Shown here piece after piece: positions 9,086 through 18,542 of a stretch of DNA of 64,000 nt. A program made the position numbers and the translations under genes. Each line of letters begins with the position of its first letter. Position 1 is the stretch's first letter. The notes beneath the pieces were generated by a model that was not told the origin of the DNA, made no database searches, and saw only the letters and a program-made list of their open reading frames with translations. This DNA is from a virus (lineage: Duplodnaviria; Heunggongvirae; Uroviricota; Caudoviricetes), in IMG/VR virus record IMGVR_UViG_3300042535_000037, positions 36,031 to 100,030 of that record. One strand, given 5' to 3'.

Positions 9086-9141
9086 TAAACAGCATAACAT
9101 GTCTTGTAAAGCGGGGAGTTATCAACCCCGCACCTCCTAAA

Positions 9142-9216
9142 GAGTCCGTAGCTCAGTTGGTAGTTAGCGTCTGACTGTTAATCAGAAGGTCGTAGGTTCG
9201 AACCCTGCCGGATTCG
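9142..9216 (+). tRNA. tRNA-Asn (GTT)
   Basis: cloverleaf: acceptor GAGTCCG/CGGATTC, U8, GG in D-loop, anticodon loop CUGUUAA, T-loop TTCGAAC, discriminator G; D-stem only 3 bp (TT insertion). Confidence 0.7.
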
Positions 9217-9267
9217 TAATATTTTTATACAGTTATCTTTTTATACTATATTCTCTTTTCTCCTTTT

Positions 9268-10560
9268 ATGAAAAAACTCGTAATAATTATGATAGCGTTA
9301 ATGCTAGTTCTCATACCAGTTTCAGCCAAGGCTCACGGTGAAGAGGAAACAGGCTCAAAGTGGGATGGTTTATTTGGTGGAGAAGACACTGTAGAGGAAA
9401 ATTCTACAGATGTTGTTGAAGAATCAACAGAAGATGTTTCTCAGGATGAAGAAGTAGAAGATATAAATTCTACAGAAGTAGAAGATGTAGAAGTTACAAG
9501 TGAAGGAAATGTATCTGAAGTTGAAGATATTCTTGAAGAAACAGAGGTAATAAAGTCTAGTGTACCAGTTGCTAATGAAAATTCCAGTGCTAAGAAGCTA
9601 CTTTTTATCTATGTTCTTAAAGATATAGATACCGATGCCAATACATTAATTCAAAATGTAGAAGGAATTCAACTTAAAAGCTACACAGATGAAGGTATCA
9701 CGGCTATAGTTCCAGAGTCACAATTTGATACACTTACAACTCTTGGGTTTACTTTCCTTACGAAAGAAGACTACAACAGATTAATTGCTAAAGAAAAGAC
9801 AATAATAGACTATGGAACCCGCGATATGAACAGAAAACAGCAGGAACTTTCATATAGCGAACTCCAAGCTGCCGAAGAATTAGCAGCCAAGGAGCTAGAA
9901 GAAGCAGGTGAAATCTATTCAAATCCATATACCTATTACTTCATGGATACAGCAGACCTTCCAGATGTATCAAATCCTTCAGCAGCATACAAAGAAGCAT
10001 CTGCAATAGTCTATGTCTCAGATGATGAACTTTGGCAAACATCAGAAAAGTGGGTCTCTCCAAACAATGTATATGCAATTACCCCATCACTTTCAAGTAA
10101 TCCAACTAATGATGATGAACCTGTTTCTGACTGTGAAGAACATGCAATGACTTTCGTACAGCTTTGTCGTCAAGCAGGGGTCAAAGCAACTGATGTTCGT
10201 GTAGTTACAGGTTATGTAGAAATTAACAATGAAAAATATGGTCATGCATGGGCGCAACTTAAAGTAGATGGAGAATGGGTCAATATTGAACCTACTTCCG
10301 GCTCATACTATGAAGATGGTAAAATCTATAGAGTAGACCCTATGGACATGTATTTCTATCAAGACCTTACCTATCCAGCAGTAGAAATTTGGTCATATTT
10401 CAATGACGAATATTATGTTTCCGCTAATGGTAGAGATGCACCCGATGATTGGATTATATCAGATACAGCATATTCCGCAGGAACAACCGACACTAGCTTT
10501 GCAGGATTTATTCAATACTGCATTAGTTACATAGAAAAGGAGTTATACAAGGTCTTGTGA
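9268..10560 (+). CDS. secreted transglutaminase-like cysteine protease with acidic repeat region
   Basis: signal peptide; C-terminal CEEHAMTF...GYVEIN..YGHAWAQL..EPTSG resembles Cys-His-Asp transglutaminase-like core. Confidence 0.55.
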   Translation: MKKLVIIMIALMLVLIPVSAKAHGEEETGSKWDGLFGGEDTVEENSTDVVEESTEDVSQDEEVEDINSTEVEDVEVTSEGNVSEVEDILEETEVIKSSVPVANENSSAKKLLFIYVLKDIDTDANTLIQNVEGIQLKSYTDEGITAIVPESQFDTLTTLGFTFLTKEDYNRLIAKEKTIIDYGTRDMNRKQQELSYSELQAAEELAAKELEEAGEIYSNPYTYYFMDTADLPDVSNPSAAYKEASAIVYVSDDELWQTSEKWVSPNNVYAITPSLSSNPTNDDEPVSDCEEHAMTFVQLCRQAGVKATDVRVVTGYVEINNEKYGHAWAQLKVDGEWVNIEPTSGSYYEDGKIYRVDPMDMYFYQDLTYPAVEIWSYFNDEYYVSANGRDAPDDWIISDTAYSAGTTDTSFAGFIQYCISYIEKELYKVL

Positions 10561-11019
10561 CCTTAATTTCTCCAACAAATTTTTCACTCTTGTTAATTTC
10601 TCTTTTCTTTCCCTCATAATAATGTCTATTTCTTCGGTTTCTCTTTCAATGTTCTTCTCTATTCTTTCGTAACCTAAAAGGATACATCTTTTCATGGCTC
10701 CAATCATTTCATCATATTGTTTTTGTACATTTTCCTCATTCTCATTCGACAATTCATGAGTCCATGACTTGAAATTCATGTGAGGAATATACAAAGTTTT
10801 CAACATTAGAAATGCTTCATCGGCAACAAAAGTTTCCATGTGAATTCCAATTACTTTTCCATTATTCAAACGTGCATAAGTATTTACGACACAATCTATT
10901 CCAATAATTTGTGTCAAATACTGGTTTCCAAGTAAAACATCCTTTCCACATGGAACAAAATGAGAATCTACTAAATCTTTGATTTCCATGAAAATATAAA
11001 AGGTGTTAAAGTATATCAA
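10543..11019 (-). CDS. hypothetical protein
   Basis: ATGA overlap with upstream minus-strand gene. Confidence 0.45.
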   Translation of the reverse strand: MIYFNTFYIFMEIKDLVDSHFVPCGKDVLLGNQYLTQIIGIDCVVNTYARLNNGKVIGIHMETFVADEAFLMLKTLYIPHMNFKSWTHELSNENEENVQKQYDEMIGAMKRCILLGYERIEKNIERETEEIDIIMRERKEKLTRVKNLLEKLRSQDLV

Positions 11020-11438
11020 ATTTTCGCTAACTCTTTTACTCTTTTCAAAATCTCCATATCATTATTCATATTTTCAATCTTTATAGGAGAAATTACACAT
11101 TTTCCACTGAAAACAGAATAATTGACCTTTCTTTTCAATTCGTCAATTGTATCGTCAATTGCATCTTCAAAATCATCATCTGTTTCTTTTAGAATTCTTT
11201 TTTTGTCTTTTTCAGAAAGACCTATCAAATTTATGCTTTTTGCATACAGTGGAGTTCTATTGATAACACAATGCTTATCAATCAACTTATTAATATCTTC
11301 GTCAACAATAGAAGAAATATACCAAATAGAATCCAACATTCCTTGCTCATTTTTAATACCAGCTATCCATTTTTTGCACTTAATTCCTCTTATCTCAAAG
11401 AACTCTTCGTTTTGACTTACTACTTCATTTAGTGCCAT
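11016..11438 (-). CDS. hypothetical protein
   Basis: ORF. Confidence 0.45.
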   Translation of the reverse strand: MALNEVVSQNEEFFEIRGIKCKKWIAGIKNEQGMLDSIWYISSIVDEDINKLIDKHCVINRTPLYAKSINLIGLSEKDKKRILKETDDDFEDAIDDTIDELKRKVNYSVFSGKCVISPIKIENMNNDMEILKRVKELAKI

Positions 11439-11513
11439 GTTCTTGTATATCTAATTTTCATTATATAAACCCTTTCACAAAGACTTATATACCACAAAAC
11501 CATTCTTCTCAAC

Positions 11514-12734
11514 ATGAAAAGTGTTTACATCGTATTATTGTTGCTATTAGCTATGGTAATTCCCGCGTGTGCTTCAGACGAAGAGTTGAAGCCTGCAAGA
11601 ATATCAGAGGTATACTTCTCTGACATATCTCAATATTTGTTCAATGATAACCCTACATACACATACGAAGTTGGACAACCTGTTAACATTCGTATATCCA
11701 TAGAAAATCAGTATCCAGAGTTTAGAACTTTTAACTATGCTGTTCATAAAAAGACGCTATCTAATGGAAAAACATATTGGGGTTCATCAGGAGCTACATA
11801 CCCAGAATGGAAATTTAGGCTCGGTCCTAACCAAATAAAAACTCAATACGTAACCATAAACCCACCAACTGAAGTAGGTCTTTACGAATATAGAATTGAA
11901 ACAGAAAAGAGAACAACTAGTAGTTCAGATTGGAAGAGTGACGAATACAGATACTTTAAAATTAATGTGATAAACCCTGTACAAGCTACCACTGACACTT
12001 CCGATTCATCAAGCACTACAGACTCTACTCCTACTGTTCAGGAACCAACTACAGCTTCACTTACTGTAAAAGCAAATGTACAAGACTTCTATGTAGCTTG
12101 CGAAAATGCCAAGTACTACGCTACAGGAAGTAACACTGTTACTGTATCAAATTTCAAAAAGAATTCAAACTATGTAATCGCTGTTTGTAAAGATGGATAC
12201 GATACAGTTACATTCCCTGCTTATCTTTCACAAGATACCAGTACAGAAGTTACATTAACTGAAACTCAGAAAGCTACGATTGTAGACTCCAATGAAGATG
12301 ATAGTGGAGAAGTAAATGCATCTGTTGACGTTGAAATTACAAAATCAGACACTATTGCACTAAAAGTTCTTGTACAAGATATGGATGAAAATTACTTACC
12401 ATATGCTCTCATTAACGTAGACGGTGCAGAACTTAAATCATCTAAACTAGGTTCAACCTTCTATCTTACAGATGGAGACTTCGATGTAGTAGTTACTAAG
12501 GAAGGCTATAACGCTGTAATTGAGTCATACTCAATCAAGGAAGATACAGAACTCATAATCACAATGGAAGAGACTGTAGAATCAGATGACTTACTTACAA
12601 CCAACGCAAATATAGAACTAATTAGTCCTACTATAACAAATAACTCAACATCTTCTACAACATACCTCTATGTAATCGCAACTATAGTGCTTTTAGTAAT
12701 GGGATTCCTAGTATATAAAATTAGGAAATCTTAA
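11514..12734 (+). CDS. cell-surface protein (signal peptide, Thr/Ser linker, C-terminal TM anchor)
   Basis: N-terminal MKSVYIVLLLLLAMV..A; C-terminal hydrophobic helix + KIRKS. Confidence 0.6.
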   Translation: MKSVYIVLLLLLAMVIPACASDEELKPARISEVYFSDISQYLFNDNPTYTYEVGQPVNIRISIENQYPEFRTFNYAVHKKTLSNGKTYWGSSGATYPEWKFRLGPNQIKTQYVTINPPTEVGLYEYRIETEKRTTSSSDWKSDEYRYFKINVINPVQATTDTSDSSSTTDSTPTVQEPTTASLTVKANVQDFYVACENAKYYATGSNTVTVSNFKKNSNYVIAVCKDGYDTVTFPAYLSQDTSTEVTLTETQKATIVDSNEDDSGEVNASVDVEITKSDTIALKVLVQDMDENYLPYALINVDGAELKSSKLGSTFYLTDGDFDVVVTKEGYNAVIESYSIKEDTELIITMEETVESDDLLTTNANIELISPTITNNSTSSTTYLYVIATIVLLVMGFLVYKIRKS

Positions 12735-12801
12735 TGAACTAAAACACTTTTCTTTTTCATTTAGAAACATTTATATACTCTGAAGTCTTTTTAGACAAAG
12801 T

Positions 12802-15800
12802 ATGAACCTTAAAAGCCTACTGATATTCCTATTCGTATTTCTTTTAACCATCAACGTAGGTTCCGCAGCTACACCGCCAATTGTGTACGTTGCTACTGAC
12901 GGAACAGGCGACTACAACTGTGATGGAACTGCCGACCAAGTACAATTAAACGATGCGTTATTATTTGCCTATAATAACAGAGCATCTGGATACACTACAG
13001 TCTACCTAAGAAGTGGAACTTACTGGATAGACTCTCAGATATTTCTCACCAACAACATAATTCTTACAGGTGATTCTACAGCTAAAATTAAGCTTATAGA
13101 CGACTGTCCTTGGCAAAGAACGTACACAGGTGCATTGGCATATTCATCTTCTGGTACTCAAACCTTGCCTATGATAATGGCTCGTAGTGGTCATAATACA
13201 GGTTTCACTATCACTAACATCATTATTGATGGAAACTCTCAAGGAAACACAGATGTACCATTTGGTCAGGGATGGTATAACCTCTTAAACTTCTACCAGT
13301 GTACACATGTTTCACTGGACCATGTTACGTTACAGTATGGTAAATCAGACGGATTTAAATTTCAGTCAGGCTCATACGCTTCAATGACAAACTGTAATGT
13401 CAACAAAATAGGTCACGATGCAGGGTATTTCCTATACTCAAACTACATAACGTTTACAAATAATACTGTATTTACTCGTACAAACTCTGCATGTCGTATC
13501 AGTAGCGGTGCTCACATAGTTATTGCTCACAACCATATTTACTCAGGAACCATTACCACTGCCGATGGTGGCGGCTCTTCAACCGGACCCGGAATTGAAA
13601 TAGATTTAGATGGCTCTGAATACTGTTATGATTGTGAAATATATGACAACGTAATTCATGACCTTAGAGGTTCAGGCATATGGATGACATCATCTAATGC
13701 AGATGGTGGAAGAGATGTTCACATCTATAACAATATAATTTATAATGTTGGTAAATATACTTACTTTAATGGTTACTCTATGGGTGGAATAACGCTCTTC
13801 CAATTCAACAATTCAATCATAGAGAACAATGTTTTTAATGAAGCAGGAGTGGGAGCACTCATTTACGCTGAAGGAACTGATTCTCCTACAGGTGGAAGCA
13901 AGCTTTATCATACTACTTTCAGAAACAACATAGTCATTAACACAAATGACCAACTACCAACTACTTCAGGTGGTTCAACTTACATATATGCAGTTCCAAT
14001 AATGAATCATGATGGAACTTACAGTAGAATCCATGCTTACAACAATGACTTCTACAACAACTACAACAACCTTGTCTACAAATCACACGTAGCTACAGAC
14101 TCTAACAACCTAGCAGTGGACCCTCAATTCGTAGATGCAACAAATCATAACTACCATCTAAAATCAACTGCTGGTCACTATAACAACGGAAATTGGGTAA
14201 TAGACGCTGTATCTTCATCACTCATAGATGCAGGTCTCTCTACTTCAGACTATTCCGATGAACCTGAACCCAACGGTAATCGCATCAACATAGATGCATA
14301 TGGAAATACTGCTCAGGCATCTAAATCTCCAACTGAGACAACACCTACCCCAGACCCAGACCCCGTTAATCCTGAGCCTGAACCTGTAGTAGTAGAGATA
14401 CAAGACCCTGTAGACAACCGCTTGCGCTCTCTATCTCCAACAACAGTATACTCTTCATCTACATACATAGATGCAGGAAATATAGCTTCTACGAGCTCTA
14501 CGGTGCGTGACCTGATTTGGTACGACCTAACAAATTACAACGATTCAAGCCAAGTAACTAGTGCCGAACTCAAATTGTTCTGGTATTATCAAACATCACG
14601 TACTTCAGATACAATCATAGAAATCTATAGACCTGCTGCAACATGGAGTACATCAACTGCAACATGGAACAATGCTAACACATGGTATGATGCTAACGGA
14701 GTGCTTGGTGGTTCAACACCATACGATTCAATCACATTCCCATCAACACAATCTCCAACAAACAGTTACTACTCATTTGATGTAACTGACCTTGTACAAG
14801 CATATGCAGAAGGAACCTACACTAACACAGGTTTCCTCATCAAAACACGTACAGAAAACAATGACTACGTTGCTTTCTACTCTCTAGACAACGGAAACTC
14901 TTCAAGGGTTCCAGTATTAGACATAAGTAGCACAGCAGTAAATATTGAAGCGTACTCTCCTACATCAAATCCAACGAAAACAGTAGGACAGTCACAAATT
15001 TTTACTACTCAATTAACTGCTACAGGAGATGTAGAATGGTCAGTTGATGGTATAATTAAGGAATATGACCTTAATACTCAACATGCATCATACACCTTCA
15101 CACCAACTGCTGCAAGAACCTATACGATAAGAGCAGAGACACCAACTGCTTACAAGTCTTGGTCTCTCACAGCTACATCAAATTCAACATCTAACCCTGC
15201 ATCTAACGTGACTACCTCAGTCTCAGGTATAGCCTACGTTGCTACTACAGGCTCCGACACTACAGGTAATGGTTCAATTTCTCTACCATATGCCACAATC
15301 ACAAAAGCCCTAACAACAACTGCACCTACAATCATGGTTAAAGGTGGTAACTATAACCTAGCTACCCCAATAACCCGTAGTAATGTAATAATTAAGGGAT
15401 ATAACGGCAATGCAGTATTTGACCATTCCGATGATACAGGAACAGCCTTCACGGTTACAGGTAGAACAAACATTACTCTACAGAATCTCATAATTCGTAA
15501 CTATGAATATGGTGTCTATGGAACAACTTCACTAACAAACTTGATAGTAGAGAACTGTTCAATCACAAATAATGCTCAGGACTCAATCTGGCTCGACCAG
15601 ATAAACGCCAACGGAATATACCTATATAACTCTACATTTGCAGACAATGAATATCACGGTGTCCATCTATCTAACCAAGAAGTAGGAAAACTAATCCAAA
15701 ATGTAGTCATAGAAAACAATGATTTCTATGATTGTCCAAGTAATCTATTGGACTTCCGTTCCAACGTTACGGATGTTACTTGCTCTGAAAATTATTACTA

Positions 15801-16824
15801 CTTCAACTCAGATGAAATCCAGCAGGTAGGAGTATATATCCACAATAACAACTTGGAGACATTTAGTTTCACTAATGAAGAATTCTATAACTGTGCTAGA
15901 CCTATGGAAATACTCAACGGTCAATCAGTTACAGTTACAAGTTCTCACTGGAACAATATTCACGATGCAACTGCACCACCAGTCTACGTCAATGGAGTTG
16001 AATTCCCTGTTACAGCTTCAGGTAGAGCAATTCTCTTCGGTGGTAACTCTCCAACTAACGAAGGAACTACATATACAGGATACAACAATGTATTCACTGA
16101 TATAGAGCAAACTCTATTTCCAACATACTCTGAAGCAGTAGGAACACCAGTTACAGTGCGTGAATATAACGCTACACTATCAAATGTATCTAAAATATTC
16201 TCTACTTCATCCTGCATAGAAAATATTGCAATACAAACATACCATAATTCACCAGTTAAAACCTTTGAATTTACAAATGCAAATGCTTTGACTTGGAAAT
16301 GGTATGTTAACAATACTTTGGTAGAAACAGACACTAATACGTACTTCCCATCACGTATTCAGAGCGGAATGACAACTGGAACCAATGTCTCAGCAATATG
16401 CACAGACAACGGTGATACACTCCGCATGACTTGGATTAGAGGAAATGGAACAGAAGTTAACGGTGTAATCTACACTAGATACCCGTATACAAGTTCTCCA
16501 AAGCAACTGAAGGGCAATGATGTTTCATTCTCTCTTACTCTCAATGGAAATGCAGACACAAAATGGTATGTAGATAATGTTCTTGTGGAAACAGATTCTT
16601 CCTCAAGTCCAACTTACATATACAATGCCACTGTATCTGGAACACATGTAGTAAAAGCAGTGACATCAGAAGAGACATACACTTGGAATCTTAACGTAGA
16701 AAACCCACAGCAAAAGTTCTACGTAGGTGTAATCACAAGAATAGGTCAAGTGCTATCTTGGGATACAAGAAAACCAACATATGACGACCAAGTTGTAGAC
16801 GGGTTCACCATAATTACAAGGTGA
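12802..16824 (+). CDS. giant secreted right-handed beta-helix (pectin-lyase-fold) repeat protein, adhesin/receptor-binding-like
   Basis: signal peptide; repeated NxxxxN/beta-helix turns (NNTVFTRTN, IAHNHIYSG, DNVIHDLRGSGIWM, ITNNAQDSIWLD); Pro/Thr linker. Confidence 0.75.
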   Translation: MNLKSLLIFLFVFLLTINVGSAATPPIVYVATDGTGDYNCDGTADQVQLNDALLFAYNNRASGYTTVYLRSGTYWIDSQIFLTNNIILTGDSTAKIKLIDDCPWQRTYTGALAYSSSGTQTLPMIMARSGHNTGFTITNIIIDGNSQGNTDVPFGQGWYNLLNFYQCTHVSLDHVTLQYGKSDGFKFQSGSYASMTNCNVNKIGHDAGYFLYSNYITFTNNTVFTRTNSACRISSGAHIVIAHNHIYSGTITTADGGGSSTGPGIEIDLDGSEYCYDCEIYDNVIHDLRGSGIWMTSSNADGGRDVHIYNNIIYNVGKYTYFNGYSMGGITLFQFNNSIIENNVFNEAGVGALIYAEGTDSPTGGSKLYHTTFRNNIVINTNDQLPTTSGGSTYIYAVPIMNHDGTYSRIHAYNNDFYNNYNNLVYKSHVATDSNNLAVDPQFVDATNHNYHLKSTAGHYNNGNWVIDAVSSSLIDAGLSTSDYSDEPEPNGNRINIDAYGNTAQASKSPTETTPTPDPDPVNPEPEPVVVEIQDPVDNRLRSLSPTTVYSSSTYIDAGNIASTSSTVRDLIWYDLTNYNDSSQVTSAELKLFWYYQTSRTSDTIIEIYRPAATWSTSTATWNNANTWYDANGVLGGSTPYDSITFPSTQSPTNSYYSFDVTDLVQAYAEGTYTNTGFLIKTRTENNDYVAFYSLDNGNSSRVPVLDISSTAVNIEAYSPTSNPTKTVGQSQIFTTQLTATGDVEWSVDGIIKEYDLNTQHASYTFTPTAARTYTIRAETPTAYKSWSLTATSNSTSNPASNVTTSVSGIAYVATTGSDTTGNGSISLPYATITKALTTTAPTIMVKGGNYNLATPITRSNVIIKGYNGNAVFDHSDDTGTAFTVTGRTNITLQNLIIRNYEYGVYGTTSLTNLIVENCSITNNAQDSIWLDQINANGIYLYNSTFADNEYHGVHLSNQEVGKLIQNVVIENNDFYDCPSNLLDFRSNVTDVTCSENYYYFNSDEIQQVGVYIHNNNLETFSFTNEEFYNCARPMEILNGQSVTVTSSHWNNIHDATAPPVYVNGVEFPVTASGRAILFGGNSPTNEGTTYTGYNNVFTDIEQTLFPTYSEAVGTPVTVREYNATLSNVSKIFSTSSCIENIAIQTYHNSPVKTFEFTNANALTWKWYVNNTLVETDTNTYFPSRIQSGMTTGTNVSAICTDNGDTLRMTWIRGNGTEVNGVIYTRYPYTSSPKQLKGNDVSFSLTLNGNADTKWYVDNVLVETDSSSSPTYIYNATVSGTHVVKAVTSEETYTWNLNVENPQQKFYVGVITRIGQVLSWDTRKPTYDDQVVDGFTIITR

Positions 16825-16837
16825 ACCAACACTTTTT

Positions 16838-17095
16838 TATATATGAAAGTACTATTACTACTTACTTGGAAAATGCATCCAAGTTGCCATAGTAAAAAAC
16901 TCCTCTAAGAAAACCTCGGTGTACAATCCACCGAGGTTCAACGAATCCCACAAGCATCAAGGCGATGCAACACAACTGGCGATGATGGAACGATGAGCGA
17001 AAGCATGTCCTAGCTGGTAAGTAGGCAAGTGCGCATAACCGAAATACCGTGTGTCCTTTGCAAAGGGCTTGGTTCAATTCCAAGGTGGGATACTT
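16838..17095 (+). ncRNA. candidate structured ncRNA driven by a canonical promoter
   Basis: promoter+leader then only an 11-codon ORF; ~50% GC segment with 10-bp hairpin (16911-16938), GAAA-loop helix, tRNA-T-arm-like hairpin cttggTTCAATTccaag, and a 7-nt pairing ATCCCAC(16945)/GTGGGAT(17086). Confidence 0.35.
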
Positions 17096-17124
17096 TTTTA
17101 TACATAAACCACTATTACTACAGC

Positions 17125-17460
17125 ATGGAAGAAAAAATAGTGGATTTCTCAGACCTTCTTTCTCCCGAAGCAAAACAGAAATTTGAAGAAGTTAAACTCG
17201 TTGAAAAAAAGATGGGTAAGCTTCACGAAGAACTTGCAGTCCTTTCCTCAGTAAGACTATCTCTTCAGGAGCAATATAGAGCTTTATGTCCACCACTCGT
17301 TGTTATGGTAGAAACAAAGCTCAAGTGTAGAGAATGTGAAAAATTTATAAGCATAAAAGGGCTTCATGTTAACTCAGAAATAACTTGCCCGCACTGCTCT
17401 GCAAAATTCGGAATCAGAGTAAGAGCAGATAAACCTTACTTTATGTTATACAGGTGGTAA
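17125..17460 (+). CDS. coiled-coil zinc-ribbon protein
   Basis: canonical promoter at 17088-17124; CRECEKF...CPHCSAKF. Confidence 0.55.
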   Translation: MEEKIVDFSDLLSPEAKQKFEEVKLVEKKMGKLHEELAVLSSVRLSLQEQYRALCPPLVVMVETKLKCRECEKFISIKGLHVNSEITCPHCSAKFGIRVRADKPYFMLYRW

Positions 17461-17463
17461 ATA

Positions 17464-17676
17464 GTGACTATAAACATTGATATTTTACTTAGAAGAGCAG
17501 CAGTAACCATAGTAGCAGGAACAGTTCTTCTCTTCATAATATCCATTTTCTACTACATTGGAACATGGATTGTAACCTTCAAATATGGAATTCAGGCAAT
17601 AGTAGCCTTCCTTGCAATTATCTACTACTTAGGCATTTTTGACTTAACGGGAAAGATGGGAAAAATTAAGGAGTAA
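17464..17676 (+). CDS. small membrane protein
   Basis: two TM helices. Confidence 0.45.
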   Translation: MTINIDILLRRAAVTIVAGTVLLFIISIFYYIGTWIVTFKYGIQAIVAFLAIIYYLGIFDLTGKMGKIKE

Positions 17677-17718
17677 CTTTTTATACATAAAACTCCTTTA
17701 TTCTTTTGGTGATTCAAA

Positions 17719-18252
17719 ATGACTATTGTACAAGATTATTTAGCTGCACAGGCAAAAATAAGCGAATATAAAAAACTATTCTCAGATATAGTAGTGTCTG
17801 CTCATCAAATCGTACAAAGTGAGTGCTCTACAGTTTTCGAGAGAAAATCATATACAATTAAGCAGATTGCTAAGGATGGAGCATCCAATGTATGTGTACT
17901 TGAAGATGATAATGACAAAATATGGATTTCAGTTGACTCCAATGATGCTTTTGATGAAGACGGAAATCTAGAACTTACAATTAAATCAAATCTAGTAGAT
18001 GCCTTCTTATATAATAAAGATGCTTTTAAAGCTGCAATTCTTTCTCAGTTCGAAGATGAAATCAAGGCTGCAAGAGAACTGGAAAAAATTCGTGAAGAAA
18101 GACATCAAGAATCTCTGAAGAGAAAGAAAAAAGAAGAACTTGCTGACCTAATCCTTAAAATTCAGAAGTACGAAAAGGAGTATGGTGTACTGGTATGTCA
18201 CGGACTAGAAGAACTTGGTTCTTTAATAGAAGAGGAAAATTCAGATACGTAG
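17719..18252 (+). CDS. hypothetical coiled-coil protein
   Basis: canonical promoter-leader (ggtgattcaaaATG). Confidence 0.55.
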   Translation: MTIVQDYLAAQAKISEYKKLFSDIVVSAHQIVQSECSTVFERKSYTIKQIAKDGASNVCVLEDDNDKIWISVDSNDAFDEDGNLELTIKSNLVDAFLYNKDAFKAAILSQFEDEIKAARELEKIREERHQESLKRKKKEELADLILKIQKYEKEYGVLVCHGLEELGSLIEEENSDT

Positions 18253-18434
18253 AAGGAAATAAAATCTACGCAACCGACAAGAAGCACGTTTCATGCATTC
18301 GAAAAGAAAGGTATATAAGAAAAGTATACCGTCATAAAATCAGAGCACATAACCGTATCAATGCTGCTAAAGGTCGTTATGACTATATGATTGCAAACTT
18401 CAACCAGACATCGGAGACTGAGTACTTTGACTAA
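18195..18434 (+). CDS. highly basic small protein (possible nucleic-acid binding)
   Basis: ORF overlapping previous gene end by 58 nt in another frame. Confidence 0.3.
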   Translation: MSRTRRTWFFNRRGKFRYVEGNKIYATDKKHVSCIRKERYIRKVYRHKIRAHNRINAAKGRYDYMIANFNQTSETEYFD

Positions 18435-18542
18435 AGAAGAGAAATACATAGAAAAGGAAGAATCTGAAATCATCAACATCGATTTATATACAATGGGAAC
18501 CCTAAACTTCAGACCTAGGGAAAATCATGGGTTCAGGATACT

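Noticed and set aside
9121-9141. CACCTCCT (16S anti-SD sequence) after a GC hairpin upstream of the tRNA as an rRNA fragment
   Set aside because: Only 8 nt; no further rRNA similarity. Noted as a curiosity within the tRNA leader
17050-17095. tRNA gene (T-arm-like hairpin TTCAATT plus acceptor-like 7-nt pairing)
   Set aside because: Could not assemble D and anticodon arms or a BHB intron by eye. Kept only as part of ncRNA candidate A
16862-17173. 103-aa minus-strand ORF over ncRNA candidate A (and 43046-43252 over candidate B, 5698-5901 over the small element)
   Set aside because: Junk-like Cys/Arg/Leu-rich composition, no promoter or SD, antisense to a promoter-driven segment
17719-18434. 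Programmed -1 frameshift joining 17719-18252 to the basic ORF 18195-18434
   Set aside because: No X_XXY_YYZ slippery heptamer or downstream structure in the 58-nt overlap
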